Positions 23,576 through 26,191 of a stretch of 26,191 nt of DNA are shown here, one piece after another; within the stretch, counting starts at the first letter, position 1; each line of letters begins with the position of its first letter. Below the pieces are notes generated by a model. The model was not told where the DNA came from, did not search any database, and worked only from the letters and a program-made list of their open reading frames with translations. This DNA comes from an uncultured Chloroflexia bacterium (GTDB taxonomy: Bacteria; Chloroflexota; Dehalococcoidia; DSTF01; JALHUB01): the NCBI GenBank assembly GCA_963726245.1, contig CAVSBT010000014.1:1-26191 (forward strand), written 5' to 3'. The translations under genes were made by a program, and so were the position numbers.

Positions 23576-25258
23576 TTAGGCTTCCGTCAGGGCCTCTATC
23601 TGCGCCAGAATCTGTTCATCATTGAAGTGGTTCATCGTGATTGCCCCGGACGGGCAGGCGGCCCCACAGGTGCCGCATCCTTTGCACAGCGCCTCGACGG
23701 TGCGGGCGACCGCCTTGCCATTCTTGCTGTCCATCAGCATGGCGCTGTAAGGACAGAGAACGGCACAAATGCCACATCCGCCGCAGAGATCCTCATTGAC
23801 GGAAGAAGTGATGGCTTCAGGTCTGACATGTCCTCTTTTCATGGGCGTTGCGGCTTTGGCGGCGGTGGCGCAAGCCTGGAAGATGGCCTCAGACACCTCG
23901 ACCGGCCATCGGGCCGAGCCGCATATGAACATGCCATCCGTAGCGAATTCCACCGGCTGCAGTTTCAGGTGGGCCTCCAGGAAGAAGCCTTCCGAACTGA
24001 GCGGAACCTTTAGCTGCTTGGAGATCCCCGCATTGTCACCCCGTGGAACAAGGGGCGCAGTCAGTACAACCGTGTCTGCCGGAAGCTCCACTTGTTTGCC
24101 CATCAGGTCATGGTAGACTCTGACGCCCTTGAGTTCGCCGTTGGCAATAACCTCGGGTGGTGTCTCCAGGCTGTACCTAACGAACCTGACACCCAGCTCC
24201 ATCGCTTTTCGATAGTACTCTTCGAACTCCACGCCGTAAGCCATCACATCGCGGTGGAGGATCCAGACGTTCGCCTCCGGGTCATTCTCCTTGATCAGCA
24301 CGGCATTCTTGATCGCCGTCAGACAACAGAACCTGCCGCAATACGGCCTCTCCGGCACGCGAGCGCCCACGCAGTTGATCATGACGACGTTCTTGGCCTC
24401 TAGCGTGCGCTCTTTCAGTCGTCCTTCCAGCTCGAGCTGGGTGAGCACGCCGGCCGTTTCTCCATAGCCGTACTGACCTACCGGTTTGAACTCCTCGGCG
24501 CCGACAGCGACTATGATGGTGCCTACTCTAAGCTTGCTCTCCTTCTCCCCTTCCTCCAGGGCGACGTCGAAATTGCCTATGAACCCCTTGACGTCCTTCA
24601 CCGTGGTGGAGAGATGGGTTGTGATGTGCTCGTGGTTTCGCACCTGGTTGACGAGGGGCACGACCAGTTCGCTGGCCTCTTTGTTGGCAGTGAACAGCCT
24701 GTTGATGCCGAGCAGCAGGCCACCGAGCTCTGCTGCCTTCTCCACCAGGTGGACATCGAAGCCTTGATTGGCGAGGTTCAGGGCTGCGGTCATTCCGGCT
24801 ACGCCGGAGCCGATTACCAGACAAGCCGGGGTGACGTCGATCTCGATCTCTTCCAGCGGCTTCAGCAGCCTGGCCTTTGCCACCCCCATCCTGACAAGGT
24901 CTTTGGCCTTTTGGGTAGCTTCCATGGGAAGGCTCATGTGCACCCACGAGCACTGGTCCCTTATGTTGACGAACTCGAAGAGATACTTGTTCAGGCCTGC
25001 TTCCTGACAGGCGGACCTGAACAACGTCTCGTGGGTCCTGGGAGTACAAGACGCCACTATGACGCGGTTCAGGTTGTTTTCTTGAATCTTCTTCTTTATG
25101 GAGGAGATGCCTTCTTCTGAACACGTGTACAGGTTGTGCTCGGCGTGGGCTACGTCGGGCAGACTTTTCGCGTACTCCACCACTTGCGGCACGTTGACGT
25201 AGCCGCCGATGTTCCTGCCACAGTGACACACAAAGACGCCGATCCGGGTATCAGGCAT
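23576..25258 (-). CDS. hdrA: Heterodisulfide reductase subunit A-like flavoprotein (short form)
   Basis: GVFVCHCGRNI, ASCTPRTHE, NIRDQCSWVH, IGSGVAGM, CVGAR...YCGRFCC...IK and two C-terminal ferredoxin motifs (CGGCGICAVLCP, CKGCGTCGAACP). Likely start is ATG 25258. Confidence 0.92.
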   Translation of the reverse strand: MPDTRIGVFVCHCGRNIGGYVNVPQVVEYAKSLPDVAHAEHNLYTCSEEGISSIKKKIQENNLNRVIVASCTPRTHETLFRSACQEAGLNKYLFEFVNIRDQCSWVHMSLPMEATQKAKDLVRMGVAKARLLKPLEEIEIDVTPACLVIGSGVAGMTAALNLANQGFDVHLVEKAAELGGLLLGINRLFTANKEASELVVPLVNQVRNHEHITTHLSTTVKDVKGFIGNFDVALEEGEKESKLRVGTIIVAVGAEEFKPVGQYGYGETAGVLTQLELEGRLKERTLEAKNVVMINCVGARVPERPYCGRFCCLTAIKNAVLIKENDPEANVWILHRDVMAYGVEFEEYYRKAMELGVRFVRYSLETPPEVIANGELKGVRVYHDLMGKQVELPADTVVLTAPLVPRGDNAGISKQLKVPLSSEGFFLEAHLKLQPVEFATDGMFICGSARWPVEVSEAIFQACATAAKAATPMKRGHVRPEAITSSVNEDLCGGCGICAVLCPYSAMLMDSKNGKAVARTVEALCKGCGTCGAACPSGAITMNHFNDEQILAQIEALTEA

Positions 25259-26189
25259 GCTCAGCACCCCCTGCTAGAACTTCAGCCGCTCGAGCCGCTG
25301 ACCCGGATGCTTGAACCACCGAGTCCGGGATATCCCGAGGGCTGTGAGCATAGCCGCAGGCGAAGATCCCGGCCCTGCTGGTGTCCAGCGGGCGGGACAG
25401 GCGGTCCGGGATCTCGACGAAGCCGTGTTGGTCTAAGGTTATGCCCAGCCTGTCCGCCAGCTCCCTGACGCCCACGGACGGTATCAATGCCTGGCAGAGG
25501 ATGACCAGCTCGGTTTCGAAGGTCTTCGTCTCACGCGCGGTCGTATCCTCGTACCAGATGATCGGGTTGCCGTTCTCGGCGACGTCAATACTTGCGGGCC
25601 GGCCTCTGACGTATGTTACGTCGTACTCATCTCTGGCACGGGCGATGTACTCCTGGAATCGCTTGCCCACTGCCCTGAGATCCATGTAGAAGATGGTGGA
25701 CTTTGTCCCAGGGTGGTGCTCGTAGGCCAGAATGGCCTCCTTGGTAGCATGCATGCAGCACACGCTTGAACAGTAGGCCTTATGCCTGAAGTCACGGGAG
25801 CCGACGCACTGGATGAATGCTATGTTGGTGGCCACCTTGCCATCAGAGGGGCGCATGAGCTCACCGCTCGTGGGGCCGGAGGCCGAAGTCAGCCTCTCAT
25901 ATTCCATGGCGGTGATTACGTTCTTTATCCTTCCATAGCCGTACTCGCCGAGCTTGGAGACGTCGTAGAGGTCCAAGCCGGTGGCCAGGATAACGGCGCC
26001 AACGTTGACGTCGACGTATCTCTCTTGCATGTCGTAGCGTATGGCCTTGGCCTGGCAGGTCTTCTCACACAGTCTGCAATCTGAGCAGACGGCGCAGTTC
26101 AGACACCGGAGTGCCTCCTCGATGGCGGCCTCTTCGCTGAAGGCGAGCTCTATCTCCTGGAAGTCCCTCACCCTCTCTCTGGGGTCTCG
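25251..26189 (-). CDS. HdrA/HdrL-like FAD-dependent oxidoreductase, C-terminal part (runs off the window edge)
   Basis: The frame stays open to the edge. FQEIELAFSEEAAIEEALRCLNC resembles a GltD-like domain end, followed by the HdrA core EYERL, QCVGSRD...YCSSVCCMHATKEA and PRDIPDSV. Confidence 0.88.
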   Translation of the reverse strand, partial: RDPRERVRDFQEIELAFSEEAAIEEALRCLNCAVCSDCRLCEKTCQAKAIRYDMQERYVDVNVGAVILATGLDLYDVSKLGEYGYGRIKNVITAMEYERLTSASGPTSGELMRPSDGKVATNIAFIQCVGSRDFRHKAYCSSVCCMHATKEAILAYEHHPGTKSTIFYMDLRAVGKRFQEYIARARDEYDVTYVRGRPASIDVAENGNPIIWYEDTTARETKTFETELVILCQALIPSVGVRELADRLGITLDQHGFVEIPDRLSRPLDTSRAGIFACGYAHSPRDIPDSVVQASGSAARAAEVLAGGAEHA

Positions 26190-26191
26190 GG

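Noticed and set aside
20559-26189. Selenocysteine in MvhA, MvhD or HdrA ([NiFeSe] type)
   Set aside because: All relevant positions are Cys codons (DPCFGC, CNWC, CHPGDC) and there is no in-frame TGA. These genes therefore give no independent support for Sec usage in this genome.
1-26191. CRISPR array, tRNA/rRNA, transposase or integrase
   Set aside because: No regularly spaced repeats, RNA gene signatures or recombinase motifs were seen by eye; covariance searches were not possible.

Overview
GC-rich bacterial window, probably from a strict anaerobe (Chloroflexota/Dehalococcoidia-like gene content; inference only). It has four blocks. (1) A dodecin gene behind a duplicated sigma70-like promoter. 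(2) A divergently arranged radical-chemistry island: on the minus strand a divergent 4-hydroxybutyryl-CoA dehydratase-like enzyme plus a PlsA/PlsR-like ATP-dependent activase/reductase pair; on the plus strand an unassigned glycyl radical enzyme, a possible 37-aa ORF, the radical SAM activase, a tandem PNPOx-like protein and an orphan ABC binding lipoprotein. (3) A seven-gene minus-strand operon rich in Cys/His/Met metal motifs: a PCC...CNH protein, two CuA-type cupredoxins flanking a CcoG/NapH-like Fe-S membrane protein, a His-rich protein, a PCYCGC protein and a DUF1573-like protein. The ORF track truncates the last gene at an in-frame TGA; the frame continues for 59 codons and a SECIS-like hairpin follows the TGA, so it is a probable Cys-Sec selenoprotein. 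(4) An HdrL/HdrA-HdrA-MvhDGA electron-bifurcating hydrogenase operon, with a maturation protease that appears to start at ACG and a stand-alone cNMP-binding protein. No RNA genes, CRISPR arrays or mobile elements were recognised. The best candidate for an undescribed system is the selenoprotein-containing copper/redox operon at 13642-18984.
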